Of a DNA stretch of 64,000 nt, positions 21,104-31,799 are shown in pieces. The position numbers and the translations under genes were made by a program. This DNA is from Bacteroidota bacterium (lineage in GTDB: Bacteria; Bacteroidota; Bacteroidia; AKYH767-A; 2013-40CM-41-45). The notes below the pieces were generated by a model. That model had not been told where the DNA came from. It ran no database searches and worked only from the letters and a program-made list of their open reading frames with translations. Positions within the stretch are counted from its first letter, which is position 1. Every line of letters starts with the position of its first letter. The DNA lies in the NCBI GenBank assembly GCA_016721305.1, contig JADKIH010000002.1:1828-65827 (forward strand), in the 5' to 3' direction.

Positions 21104-23031
21104 TTAATCGAGTCCCGCCAACTGTTCGAAGACTTCTTCCCACTCTTTCGTAACCAGCTTCAGTTTAGTTTCAACTTCATTGAAATTTTGAAGCGCTTTC
21201 TGAAATTTCGTCGGATCTCCGAATACAGCCGGATCGCCCAATAAGGCCTCCTGCTCTTCTTTCTGCTTTTTAAGCTTCTGAAGTTCGGTCTCGAGATTCT
21301 GAAAACGGGTATTTAACTTCTTTTTGAGCTTTTTCTCTTCTTCATTGGGTTGTGTCTTCACAACTTCAGCCTTTTTCTGCTCTTTTTCCTTCTTTTCCTG
21401 ATCCTGCTTGGCCTTCTGAACGTTCTTCGCCATCTTATGACGCTCATCCATCCAGACTTCGTACTCGTCGTATGGACCGAGATATTCTTTGATCTCGTGG
21501 TTTTCGATCCACCAGATTTTATTGGCTACCTGTGATAGGAAGAATCGATCGTGAGATACGATGATGAATGAACCCTCGTAATCCTGAAGAACCTGTATGA
21601 GAATCCCCACCGATTGCATATCGAGGTGATTCGTCGGCTCATCGAGAATAAGGAAGTTAGCTTTACTCAAAATTGTTTTCGCCAAAGCAACACGCGACTT
21701 CTCTCCTCCCGACAAAACTTTGATCTTCTTAAAAACATCATCACCGCTGAACAAAATGCTCCGAGAATCGAACGAAGCTCGACGTCTTTTTATCGGGAGC
21801 AAAATGCGCCAACTCTGTAAATCAAATCGTTGTCTAATCCTAAACTCTCTAACTGATGCTGAGCATAGAAGGCCGGCACGACATTATGCGTAATTTCACT
21901 CTTACCTACATATGGTTCGCTTCCGTTAATCATACGAAGAACGGTCGACTTTCCTCGTCCGTTTGCTCCAATGAGAGCAATCTTATCGCCTCGTAAAATT
22001 TTCGCTTCTGTATTTTTCAAAATCTTCAGATCACCATAACTCTTATCAGTGATATGAAGATCGGCAATCAATTTCCCCGGAGTCTTTTCCATATTGAAAC
22101 GGATATTGATTTCAGGTCCGGCTGAATCTACATCTTCGATGCGATCCATTCTGTCGAGCATCTTAATACGCGACTGGGCCATCTTCGCCTTCGAAGCTTT
22201 CGCACGGAAACGGTCAATTAATTTTTCCTGTTCCTTGATATACTTTTCCTGATTCTTGAATTGCGAACGCTGTAGATCTTCTCGTTCTTGCTTTTGCTCA
22301 AGATAGTATGAGTAATTGCCCGGGTAAACCGTAATTTTCTGATTGGCGATTTCGACCGTGCGGTTTACTACTTTATCGAGGAAATATCTATCGTGCGAAA
22401 CGATTACAACAGTCGCTTTATAATCCTGCAAATAATCTTCGAGCCATTGGATAGACGGAAGATCCAGGTGATTCGTCGGCTCATCGAGCAAAAGCAAATC
22501 AGGCGCCTGAAGCATCATCTTTGCCAGCATCACCCGCATTCGCCATCCTCCTGAAAATTCGTTCAGCGGTCGTTGTAAATCGGTTGTCGTAAAACCTAAT
22601 CCTTCGAGAAGGGCTTCGGCTTTTGCCTGAATATTATAACCGTCGGCTGCCTCAAAAGCTACTTGCTTGTCGTGCAGATCATGAAGTACTTCTTCGCTGT
22701 GATCATGCTCCATCTTTTCCAAAAGGGCATGAATCTCTTTTTCCAGCTTCAGAGCTTCTTCGAAAGCCTGCATGGCTACTTCCAGAATTGTATCCTGCGA
22801 AGAATAGCTCAGCAAATCCTGATTCAGGAAACCGATCGTGAGATTGCGGATTTTGCTGATGTCGCCGCTTTCTACTTGATACTCACCATTTATGATGCGC
22901 AAAAGCGTCGACTTTCCCGTTCCGTTAAGTCCTAGCAACCCGATTCTCTCCCCGGGATTTATCTGCCAGGTAGCGTCCGTGTACAGGTAGCGACTCCCAA
23001 ATTCGAATGAAATGCTGTTTAATGAAAGCAT
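21104..23031 (-). CDS. ABC-F family ATPase (two ABC domains, no TM). Three indels fall within about 70 nt in the ABC2 region
   Basis: Walker A GLNGTGKSTL and GANGRGKSTV, two LSGG signatures and an inter-domain linker. Correcting A3→A2 at 21819-21821, T5→T6 at 21787-21791 and A4→A5 at 21753-21756 on the + strand restores ...LDNDLITELAHFAPDKKDVELRSILGAFLFSGDDVFKKIKVLSGGEK... Confidence 0.85.
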
Positions 23032-23140
23032 GGCGCGAAAGTCGGAAATTCCTGTCAATGAACCTCAAAATTTATCCGTTTTTGAAATAAAATATATCTT
23101 GCAGGCTCAAACACACAATCATTCAAAAACGAATAAAATC

Positions 23141-23995
23141 ATGAAAAAAGTAAGTTTAATATTAATCATGAGCCTGTTTTTCGGTTCTGCCTTCTCTCAA
23201 ACGGCAGCCGTTGACACCTCATGGAAAAAAGGAGGATTTATCGGCCTGAACTTCACGCAGGTAAATTTATCTCAGTGGGCTCAGGGTGGTGAAAACTCTT
23301 TGAGTCTGGCTTCCAATATCAATCTGTTCGCCAACTACAAAACAGCAAAAGTTGACTGGCAAAACACTCTTGATCTGGGTTATGCGATTTTAAGCACAAC
23401 TTCGGGCGGAGTAAAAAAGAGCGATGATAAGATCGATCTTACTTCTAAATACAGCCGTAATATGAGTGCACACTGGCTGTATGGTGCATTGTTGAACTTC
23501 AAGAGTCAGTTTACAAACGGGTATAACTACCCTGACGACAGCACCGTTGTTTCTAAATTCCTTTCGCCGGGATACATCACATTAGCCCTCGGTTTTACTT
23601 ACAAGCCGGTCGACTACTTTGAGGTATTCCTCTCTCCTGCTACAGGAAAGGTCACGATGGTGAACGATAAATTGCTTTCTGATCTCGGCGCGTATGGCGT
23701 TGATCCCGGAAAAACAAGCAAGATGGAATTCGGTGCTTACTTGAACATGAAATTCAAGAAAGACATCATGCAGAATGTAACGCTTACTTCAAAGCTCGAA
23801 TTGTTCAACAACTACACTGACAAAGACAAAAACAACGCAAAGAAAATTGATGTGAACTGGGAATCGTCTTTGAACATGAAAGTGAATAAATATATCACTG
23901 CGTCCATTACAACAACGGTATTCTACGATGCCAATGTTGTAGAGCGTACTCAGTTTAAAGAGTTACTCGGAATCGGCTTCGGCTATAAATTCTAA
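23141..23995 (+). CDS. DUF3078-family outer-membrane (beta-barrel-like) protein
   Basis: Signal peptide MKKVSLILIMSLFFGSAFSQ, then WKKGGFIGLNFTQVNLSQWAQGGENS and an aromatic C-terminus GFGYKF. Confidence 0.55.
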   Translation: MKKVSLILIMSLFFGSAFSQTAAVDTSWKKGGFIGLNFTQVNLSQWAQGGENSLSLASNINLFANYKTAKVDWQNTLDLGYAILSTTSGGVKKSDDKIDLTSKYSRNMSAHWLYGALLNFKSQFTNGYNYPDDSTVVSKFLSPGYITLALGFTYKPVDYFEVFLSPATGKVTMVNDKLLSDLGAYGVDPGKTSKMEFGAYLNMKFKKDIMQNVTLTSKLELFNNYTDKDKNNAKKIDVNWESSLNMKVNKYITASITTTVFYDANVVERTQFKELLGIGFGYKF

Positions 23996-24032
23996 ACAAC
24001 AATTGCTCAACGCAATTTAATATACCTGTACA

Positions 24033-24413
24033 GTGAAATACATCTACCTGATGGCCGGTGGCGCCATCGGAACACTTTTAAGGTATTTGTCATCTTTGTG
24101 GATAGCGGAAACGATCTTTCATTTCCGCTTTCCATGGGGGACATTTTTTGTGAATCTGGTTGGCTCCTTCGTGATCGGACTTTTAGCCGGCATGAATCAA
24201 AACAATCAATGGAATATGGAGCTAAAAACTTTTTTGTTCGCCGGATTGTTAGGCGGTTTTACGACATACTCCAGTTACGCGCTCGAATCACTAAATTTAA
24301 TTCGTGCCGGTGAATTCGGATTAACAATTATCTACATTACATCAACCACACTCATCGGATTGCTGATGGCTGCAGCCGGTTTCTGGCTCGGCTCACAATT
24401 AGTAAAAAACTAA
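24033..24413 (+). CDS. crcB: Fluoride ion channel CrcB/FluC
   Basis: GTLLRY and FAGLLGGFTTYSS motifs with 4 TM helices in 126 aa. Confidence 0.85.
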   Translation: MKYIYLMAGGAIGTLLRYLSSLWIAETIFHFRFPWGTFFVNLVGSFVIGLLAGMNQNNQWNMELKTFLFAGLLGGFTTYSSYALESLNLIRAGEFGLTIIYITSTTLIGLLMAAAGFWLGSQLVKN

Positions 24414-24416
24414 GCT

Positions 24417-24968
24417 ATGGAAAATTCAAGCCGACTCATCTCGATTAAATCATCGGAAGATATTCTTCCCGTTTACCGCAACACTGCAATTGGAAATCTC
24501 TTAGAGTACCACAATCTTGATCGTCCTTTCGACACGTACAGTGCTGCTCAAATGCTCATTGGTATGTGTATGGACAATCGTAAACATCTTCACATTCCCG
24601 ATAACTTCGCCTATATCATTCGTTCAGGTGGCGGTAATCTTCGCTACTCCGAATTTCGTGTGAGCTATGCTATCTCAGTTGGAAATGTAAAAGCCATTGC
24701 GATTATCGGACACAATAATTGCGGAATGGTGAATCTCATGGCACGTCGTGAACTATTCATAAAAGGCTTAGTCGAAAATGCCGGATGGCCTCGCGAAGAA
24801 GCTGAAGATCATTTTTATCATTTCGAACCAATGCATGAAATCGGAAACGAAGTCGATTTTGCTTGCAGCGAAGCAAAGCGAATGAGATTACGTTACCCGA
24901 AAATCTTAGTCGCTCCTATGCTCTACCGCGTAGAAGACAACTTACTTTATTTGATCAAAGAAGATTAA
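24417..24968 (+). CDS. Beta-class carbonic anhydrase-like protein
   Basis: CMDNR plus GHNNCGM match the beta-CA zinc-ligand pattern (C-x-D-x-R ... H-x-x-C-G). It starts 4 nt after crcB. Confidence 0.55.
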   Translation: MENSSRLISIKSSEDILPVYRNTAIGNLLEYHNLDRPFDTYSAAQMLIGMCMDNRKHLHIPDNFAYIIRSGGGNLRYSEFRVSYAISVGNVKAIAIIGHNNCGMVNLMARRELFIKGLVENAGWPREEAEDHFYHFEPMHEIGNEVDFACSEAKRMRLRYPKILVAPMLYRVEDNLLYLIKED

Positions 24969-25129
24969 ATCATTTCAAAGGCGCAATTCGGATGAAGCCG
25001 CAATGAAGAATGAGCATGCGTTATCTGAATTAACTTTTCTTCACTCTTTTCGGCTCACTACTTCATACTCGCATCATTGATGTTCGGGTAAACTTGCATC
25101 ATAATTTTAACAAACCAATCTTAACAATC

Positions 25130-25366
25130 ATGAAAAAAGTTATGGTATTGGCAGTAGCTGCACTTTTCGCACTATCTGTTTCAGCGCAAACTGCTTCGAA
25201 GGCAGAAGTAAAACCGGCAGCAAAAACTGAGGCGCCTAAGGCCCATGTAAAGAAGGCGAAAAAAGAAGCCAAAGTTGAAAAAGTTACTGCAACTGCTAAA
25301 AAAGCAGAGCCTAAAAAAGTTGAGCCTAAAAAGACTGAAATGAAAAAAGGTGACGAGAAAAAATAA
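25130..25366 (+). CDS. Small secreted Lys/Ala-rich protein (histone H1-like low-complexity tail)
   Basis: Signal peptide MKKVMVLAVAALFALSVSAQ then KAK/KKAEPKK repeats. A terminator follows. Confidence 0.45.
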   Translation: MKKVMVLAVAALFALSVSAQTASKAEVKPAAKTEAPKAHVKKAKKEAKVEKVTATAKKAEPKKVEPKKTEMKKGDEKK

Positions 25367-25387
25367 TCTTCGTTTCCCTGATGGTTA

Positions 25388-25421
25388 AAGGCTGAAAGCA
25401 CTTCGCTCTCAGCCTTTTTTT
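25388..25421 (+). terminator. Rho-independent terminator
   Basis: ggctgaaagcacttcgctctcagcc followed by T7. Confidence 0.55.
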
Positions 25422-25491
25422 GTTAACAATATTTTTAAAAAAGTATGCATTTTCCCCTCTGAGCGGTCGAATTGAATGTAACTTCGCAAGA

Positions 25492-26916
25492 GTGAAAAAG
25501 GTCTCCAAATTCCTTCTTTATTTCATATTGCTTTGCGGCTTCTCTTCTGTTGCAACTGGCCAACTCTATGAGGCAGTAAAATATTTTAACGGACTCGAAA
25601 GTGGGATAACGGTCATGACAACCGATCCGACTCTCAAAACGCTCATTGCCGGCGATCAAAAAGGAAATCTTTATTTCTATGATCTCTCAACAAATGAATT
25701 CGTTCGAAAAATTCAAGCTCATGGTGCTGCTGTTTGTCAGCTTCGATTTAATTCGACCGGCAGATTACTCATTTCCTCAACTGCCGACGGAGAGATAAAA
25801 ATCTACGACTTCGATAAAGAAAAAATCATTCAGGCTATTTACTCTCCTGACTATTCAGGTATTCATTTCGTACTCTTCTCCATAGCGGACGGATTTATTT
25901 ACTTCAATGGGAATAATCGCTTATATAAAACCCGATCCGACTTAACTCAAACTGTCAATAAAATTTATGATGAAACGGATACGCTGTATGACGCAGTTAT
26001 TACATCTGATCGCTCTTCATTGATCTACTCTACGGGCAACAAAATTAAAGTTCTGAATACTCGAACTGATGCGTTAAGACAAGAAATATCCTTCGGCAAT
26101 TTTCCTATCAGCCGTCTTGCATTAGTTAAGGACACGCTACTTGCAACCTGGAGCAACGACGGCACTCTTGCTTTTTGGCATTACACTTTAAATCAGGTCG
26201 AAGCTAAACCAATCTTCTTCCTGAAGGCGGGCAATACATCGGCTATGGCATTTAGTGAAGATGGCCAAATGATGTGCTCGGGGAACATCGGCAACTGGGC
26301 TCGCATTTGGGTTCCGATGAAGAAAGAAATTTATCAGGAACTATTTAAACACAAAGAAACCGTTACCTGCGCAGCCTTTGGTCGTGAAACCGACTTCCTA
26401 TTTACCGGCAGCCTCGACAAGTCTATTATTCTATGGCAAAAAGGTGCAAAGCCAATCACTCCACCAGTAATCGTGCAGCCACCAAGCCCACCTATCGTAA
26501 AAGAAACACCGTCTCCCGTTGTGGCTCAGGTTGAGAATGTCGTCATGGCCGAAAGCAATATCCCTAAAATCATCTCCGGCAGAAAAGTGCTTTCTACCGA
26601 ACAGGTAGAAGTCGAAAGCGATAAGGTTTCCATTTTCGTGTACGACAATTCCTATCTCGATGGCGATACCATGTCCCTCTTCTTCAATGGGAAATGGATT
26701 CTTGATCATTACGGAGTCACGAAGAAAAAGTACCTGGTATCTCTGGATCTCATTCCGAATACGAATAACTACCTGGTTCTTTTCGCCAATAATTTGGGCA
26801 AAAGTCCGCCCAATACAGCTGCGATTGAAATCAATCAGGGAAAAACGAAAAGAATCTTCAAATTATCGTCCGATTTAAAGTCGTGCAGTGCTATTAACTT
26901 TTATTATAAAAAGTAG
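25492..26916 (+). CDS. WD40-repeat protein with signal peptide and an uncharacterised C-terminal domain
   Basis: GTG 25492 gives VKKVSKFLLYFILLCGFSSVATG. WD40 units such as GDQKGNLYFYDLSTNEFVRKIQAHGAAVCQLRFNSTGRLLISSTADGEIKIYD. Confidence 0.55.
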   Translation: MKKVSKFLLYFILLCGFSSVATGQLYEAVKYFNGLESGITVMTTDPTLKTLIAGDQKGNLYFYDLSTNEFVRKIQAHGAAVCQLRFNSTGRLLISSTADGEIKIYDFDKEKIIQAIYSPDYSGIHFVLFSIADGFIYFNGNNRLYKTRSDLTQTVNKIYDETDTLYDAVITSDRSSLIYSTGNKIKVLNTRTDALRQEISFGNFPISRLALVKDTLLATWSNDGTLAFWHYTLNQVEAKPIFFLKAGNTSAMAFSEDGQMMCSGNIGNWARIWVPMKKEIYQELFKHKETVTCAAFGRETDFLFTGSLDKSIILWQKGAKPITPPVIVQPPSPPIVKETPSPVVAQVENVVMAESNIPKIISGRKVLSTEQVEVESDKVSIFVYDNSYLDGDTMSLFFNGKWILDHYGVTKKKYLVSLDLIPNTNNYLVLFANNLGKSPPNTAAIEINQGKTKRIFKLSSDLKSCSAINFYYKK

Positions 26917-26990
26917 AAAATTCGCTCTGAGAACTACAAAATTGTAGTATTTTAACCACCCTAAATCAACAAACAATCAAGCCCCAAACA

Positions 26991-28316
26991 ATGAAAAAAA
27001 TTTACCTGCTCTCCCTGATCGTCCTCTTCGCTTTAACAAAAACCGACGCACAGGTCTGGACTTCTCTTGGAACGAATGCTCTTGGAACTTCCAGTTTAAA
27101 TGTAAAAGCTTTAGCGGTTAGTCCGGTCGACGGCTCCATTTATGCCGGCGGAACTTTTAACGGTACCATCAATTACATCGCAAAAAGAAATTCGGCTTCC
27201 GGTGTGTGGGAAGCAATCGGCAGCAGCGTAAATGGCCCTGTGTATGCTCTTACATTTTACAATAACGAACTTTATGTCGGTGGCGTATTTACTACAGCCG
27301 GAGGAAATGCAGCAAAAAATATTGCTAAACTATCCAGCTCAGGTACATGGTCTGCTGTCGGTAACGGCGTTGACGATCAAGTGAACTGCCTGTTTGTTTC
27401 TACCAATAATACATTGTATGCCGGTGGCAAATTCAATAATAACGGAACAGCAACTGCAGCTTTGGCGCATATCGCAAAATGGAATGGCTCCGATTGGGCA
27501 GCGGTAGGAAATGGCTTATCGTCCTCCATCATACGTACAATTGCTGAATACAACAGCACTATTTACGTAGGTACAGAAAATACTGCAACACCGATTTACT
27601 CATTTAACGGATCATCTTTTTCTGCTGTAACTTCTGTTACCGGTGGTAAGGTTTACGCTTTGGCTACTTATGGAAACTACCTCTATGCCGGTGGTGATTT
27701 CAGTCAGCCTACGTTTGCAGCCACACGTTTCAATGGATCAACTTGGGGAACAATCTCTACAACATTCCTTGCTTCGGAACACATCAGTTCTTTGTATGTC
27801 CGTGCAGGTGTTCTTTACATCGGCGGTGTATTCACGAACAAAGGCGTAACCAACAATGCAAATTATATCGCAAAAGTATTGTTACAAGGATCGAACCCTA
27901 CGCCCCTTCAAACCATCCTTTCCGGAAATTCACTCGGTGGTGACGTATTCGCAATCAATAACAGCAATGGTAAAGTACTTGCCGGCGGAAATTTCACAAC
28001 TTGGAATAATGCAGCCATTACTTCAACTACAATTGGAGTAGATGAAATAACAAATGTTGTGTCTGACTTGAAATTTTATCCAAACCCTGTTCAATCATCT
28101 GCTACGCTCGAAATTTCATTTAATGAATTCGTCGGATCTACTTCTATTTCATTTTATGATATGCAGTCACGATTAATCACACTTCCGGTTGAAACACAAA
28201 ATGATGGTACTCATTCACGTTTCAGCATCGACTGTTCAACTCTTCCTGAAGGAAATTACTTCTATATGGTTAGCTCCGAAGGAAAAGCAGTTGCTAACGG
28301 AATGTTTGTAAAATAG
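26991..28316 (+). CDS. Secreted beta-propeller-repeat protein with a T9SS C-terminal sorting domain
   Basis: Signal peptide. Repeated Y(A/V)GG(x)F...G...Y blades. C-terminal FYPNPVQSSATLEISF...GNYFYMVSSEGKAVANGMFVK matches a Por-type sorting domain. Confidence 0.7.
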   Translation: MKKIYLLSLIVLFALTKTDAQVWTSLGTNALGTSSLNVKALAVSPVDGSIYAGGTFNGTINYIAKRNSASGVWEAIGSSVNGPVYALTFYNNELYVGGVFTTAGGNAAKNIAKLSSSGTWSAVGNGVDDQVNCLFVSTNNTLYAGGKFNNNGTATAALAHIAKWNGSDWAAVGNGLSSSIIRTIAEYNSTIYVGTENTATPIYSFNGSSFSAVTSVTGGKVYALATYGNYLYAGGDFSQPTFAATRFNGSTWGTISTTFLASEHISSLYVRAGVLYIGGVFTNKGVTNNANYIAKVLLQGSNPTPLQTILSGNSLGGDVFAINNSNGKVLAGGNFTTWNNAAITSTTIGVDEITNVVSDLKFYPNPVQSSATLEISFNEFVGSTSISFYDMQSRLITLPVETQNDGTHSRFSIDCSTLPEGNYFYMVSSEGKAVANGMFVK

Positions 28317-28319
28317 AAA

Positions 28320-28378
28320 ACGGTTGCGAGTTGCGGGTTTCGAGTTACGCAACCCGCAACCCATCTCGCAACCCGTAC
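28320..28378. repeat. GCAACCC-family hairpin (10-bp perfect stem gttgcgggtt/aacccgcaac)
   Basis: ggttgcgagttgcgggtttcgagttacgcaacccgcaacccatctcgcaacccg lies between a T9SS cargo gene and the exonuclease gene. Confidence 0.6.
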
Positions 28379-28379
28379 C

Positions 28380-29750
28380 ATGAAATTCGCCATTGTCGAT
28401 ATCGAAACAACGGGTGGTAATGCCGGTCAAAACAGGATTACTGAAATTGCCATATATATACACGACGGAACGAAAGTTATCGACGAGTTTACATCACTCG
28501 TAAATCCCGAATGTCCGATCCCTCCTTTTATAGAAAACCTCACAGGGATCTCGAATGATATGGTGGAAAGCGCTCCACGATTTTTTGAAATTGCAAAAGA
28601 TATCGTTCAAATAACCGATGGTGCTACTTTTGTCGCACATAACGTCCAATTCGATTATGGCTTTGTCCAGAAAGAATTTAAATCGCTAGGATATAACTTT
28701 ACCCGCGACCAGCTCTGCACTATTAAGCTAAGCCGAAAACTGATTCCGGGTTTTGCATCTTACAGTCTGGGAAATTTGTGCCAATATTTGGAATTGAAAT
28801 TGAAAACCGCCACCGCGCAGCTGGCGATGCTTTAGCCACTGTACGTCTTTTTGAGTTGCTCCTGCACAAGGACTCTGAAATGAAAACTATTTCAGACTTT
28901 ACGAAGAATGATTACTTACACCTCCGATTCCCTCCCGGATTTGACCACAAGATTCTCGACAAGCTGCCTGAAACTTCAGGAGTCTACTATATGCATAATG
29001 TTGCCGGCGATGTTATCTATGTTGGAAAAAGCACTAATATCAGAAAACGAATTCTCAGCCATTTTAACAACAAAGGGACGAAGAAAGGCATCGAATTAAG
29101 AAACGCCATACATGATATTTCATTCGAAGAAACGGGCAATGAATTAATCGCACTCCTTCTCGAATCAGAAGAAATCAAAAAACTGCAACCGATATTCAAC
29201 CGACTGCAACGAAAAACCATTTTCAATCACGGAATTTTACCGATATCAATGAGAATGGCTATATTGAGTTGTCGATTGCCAGAGTCAATGCTAAAAAGAA
29301 CCGCTGATAACGGCAACATCACACGATGAAGCTGAAGCCATTTTAGAGAAACTTCTCCAGAAACATCAGCTCTGCCATAAACTTTGTGGCGGGAAAAATA
29401 TTTCGCATGCGTGCTTCAACTACTCAGTCCGATTATGCAAAGGCGCATGTGTGGGCAAAGAACCGGTGGAAGAATATAATCTACGAGCACAAAAAGCAGT
29501 TGACAGTATTCTATTCCAGTACCCTAATTTCATGATCATCGGAAAAGGCCGCACTCCTACTGAGAAGACTGTTACGCATGTTGAAGCAGGCAAGTACATT
29601 GGTTTTGGCTTCTTCGATACTGAGTTCACTGATATCAATCCAGAAACGCTTCGTGATTTCGTCAAAACTAGAGATGATAATCGCGATGTGCATAGAATCA
29701 TTCGGCATTTTCTGAATACGGGGGCGGCGGGGAATATATTAACGTACTGA
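28380..29750 (+). CDS. DnaQ-like 3'-5' exonuclease fused to a GIY-YIG (UvrC N-terminus-like) nuclease domain, broken by three missing bases
   Basis: Exo motifs FAIVDIETTG and HNVQFD. Reading T4 at 28787-28789 gives ...CQYFGIEIENRHRAAGDALATV (Exo III). GIY-YIG GVYYMHNVAGDVIYVGKSTNIRKRILSHF. Reading T5 at 29235-29238 and A6 at 29293-29297 gives ...IFNHGIFTDINENGYIELSIARVNAKKEPLITATSHDEAEAILEKL..., which continues into track ORF 29451..29750. Confidence 0.75.
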
Positions 29751-29768
29751 TGGGGGCTTGCTGAGATA

Positions 29769-29837
29769 GAAATTAGGAATTAGGAATTAGGAATTAGAAT
29801 TAGAAATTAGAAATTAGTAATTAGTAATTAGTAATTG
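29769..29837. repeat. Tandem AATTAGN heptamer array (about 10 units)
   Basis: aattaggaattaggaattaggaattagaattagaaattagaaattagtaattagtaattagtaatt. Confidence 0.7.
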
Positions 29838-29840
29838 GAA

Positions 29841-30413
29841 ATGACAGGATTTAGAATAATTTTGATTTGGGTAATGAGTTTTGTTTTATTTTCGGGCTTT
29901 GTTGCTGATGATTTTTATTCGGTACAGTTGAAGGACGTAAAGGGTGTATATCATAAATTAAATGAATATAAAGGATCGGAAGGAACGGCTGTTGTGTTTT
30001 TATTGGCTGACTGTCCGGCATCCCAGTATTACTCGCTGACGTTAAATCAACTTTCTCAAAAATACATTTCCAAAAAGATTCAACTAATTGGAGTTTTTGC
30101 CGGGAAGTACACGAAAGCAACTGAAGTCGCAAAATTTGTGAAAGATTATAAAATCAATTTTCCTGTTCTCACAGATAAAGAAATGATTCTTGCAGGAAAA
30201 CTAAAAGCGACAACGGCTCCTGAGGTTTTCCTTCTCGATAAAAATGCAAACGTTGTCTATTCAGGAAGAATCGACGATACATATTATGCTCCGGGAAGGA
30301 AGAAAAGTAATACGGCCGTTCATGATTTACAAAATGCCATGGAAGCGTGCCTTAAGGGAAAAACTCCTTCCGTTTCCAAAACAAAAGCTATAGGCTGCAT
30401 TCTCGAATACTAA
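29841..30413 (+). CDS. Thioredoxin-fold (redoxin/TlpA-AhpC-like) protein with a single-Cys motif
   Basis: Signal or TM segment, then VVFLLADCPASQYY in thioredoxin-fold topology. Probably the first gene of a three-gene operon. Confidence 0.5.
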   Translation: MTGFRIILIWVMSFVLFSGFVADDFYSVQLKDVKGVYHKLNEYKGSEGTAVVFLLADCPASQYYSLTLNQLSQKYISKKIQLIGVFAGKYTKATEVAKFVKDYKINFPVLTDKEMILAGKLKATTAPEVFLLDKNANVVYSGRIDDTYYAPGRKKSNTAVHDLQNAMEACLKGKTPSVSKTKAIGCILEY

Positions 30414-30416
30414 CGA

Positions 30417-31799
30417 ATGAATTCAAAAATCAGAATACTCGGTTTTCTAATTTGTAGCACTACTCTGCTCTTCTTTGCATGCTCCGGTGGAAAGAAATCG
30501 GAATCAGAGAAGGCTGTTACTTTCTCCGACATTGCTCCTATCGTCTATAAAATTGCACCATGCCACCGCCATGGCTCCGGAGCTCCGTTTAATCTCATCT
30601 CCTATGACGATGTTCGTTCTCATTTGAAAACGATTGAACTTACTGTCAATTCTCGGTTGATGCCTCCTTGGCCGGCCGACACGGCTTACTCTCATTTCAG
30701 AGACGAGAAAGTAATGAGCAAAGCTGATATCTCACTTTTAAATGAGTGGATTAAAAGCGGAGCACCTGAAGGCGATATCAAAAATATCCCTGCACCTCCT
30801 GCCTTCCAGGAAGGAAGCTCATTCGGAAAACCGGATCTCGTTGTAAAAATGCGACAACCATTTTTAATCAAAGGAAATAATAAGGACAATTTCATCATGC
30901 TCAAAGTTCCATACGAGCTTCCTTCTGATACAAATGTCAGAGCTATAGAAATCGTTCCGGGAAACAAAAAGCTTGCTCATCACATCAATGCTCATTTGGT
31001 GCAATACGAAGAAGGCACAAAAACTAATTTCCGGGGCGGAGCACCTTTTGTCGACACAGAAAAAGCAAACAAACTGAAAGCCTTTCAAATGCTTGATCTG
31101 CAAAATGACGACGGTACTTATCCCCGACTGACTCCTTCTGTCACGAATTATTTACCGGGCGTTGAAGTTGCCATTTATCCAAAAGGTATTGGTGGTTATC
31201 GCGTAAAAAAACACGGTGCGATATTGCTTGACAATATTCATTACGGACCATCACCTGTTGACACTAGCGACGTCACAACTTTCAATTTCTTCTTCAGCCC
31301 TAAAAAGCCGGAGAGGCCAACGATTGAAATGATCATCGGTACAAGCGGCATTTCGCCTGTCGAACCGCCTTTAGTTATTCCACCAAATGAAATTAAAACC
31401 TTTATCTCGAAATATACCTTGCCGCAAAGTATTTCCTTGTTGACAGTGAATCCACATATGCACTTATTGGGAGCATCTTTCAAAGCATTCGCCGTTACAC
31501 CAATGGGTGACACCATTCGAATAATTAATATTCCTAAATGGGATTTCAGATGGCAGTACTTCTATACCTACGAGCATATGCTGAAGATTCCACAAGGATC
31601 AACGATCTATTCTGTTGGCACTTACGACAACACAGTAAACAACCCCCTAAATCCTTTCAATCCGCCTCAAACAGTTTCGGAACGCGAAGGAAGTATGAGG
31701 ACAACAGATGAAATGTTCCAGCTCATCTGCACCTTTGTCCCTTATCAGGAAGGCGATGAAAACGTCTCTTTGTTAAATGAAAAACTATCTGACCGATGA
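30417..31799 (+). CDS. His-rich lipoprotein of unknown function, with motifs suggestive of a type-2 copper monooxygenase (PHM/DBH-like) fold
   Basis: Lipobox LLFFAC. Motifs APCHRHGSGAPFNL...MPPW, AHHINAH and NPHMHLLGAS...M-rich. The assignment is speculative. Confidence 0.35.
   Translation: MNSKIRILGFLICSTTLLFFACSGGKKSESEKAVTFSDIAPIVYKIAPCHRHGSGAPFNLISYDDVRSHLKTIELTVNSRLMPPWPADTAYSHFRDEKVMSKADISLLNEWIKSGAPEGDIKNIPAPPAFQEGSSFGKPDLVVKMRQPFLIKGNNKDNFIMLKVPYELPSDTNVRAIEIVPGNKKLAHHINAHLVQYEEGTKTNFRGGAPFVDTEKANKLKAFQMLDLQNDDGTYPRLTPSVTNYLPGVEVAIYPKGIGGYRVKKHGAILLDNIHYGPSPVDTSDVTTFNFFFSPKKPERPTIEMIIGTSGISPVEPPLVIPPNEIKTFISKYTLPQSISLLTVNPHMHLLGASFKAFAVTPMGDTIRIINIPKWDFRWQYFYTYEHMLKIPQGSTIYSVGTYDNTVNNPLNPFNPPQTVSEREGSMRTTDEMFQLICTFVPYQEGDENVSLLNEKLSDR

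Noticed and set aside
23996-24040. Fluoride (crcB-motif) riboswitch upstream of crcB
   Set aside because: The intergenic space is only about 35 nt and lacks the conserved GGCGATGG...AACCGCC...TAATGA elements.
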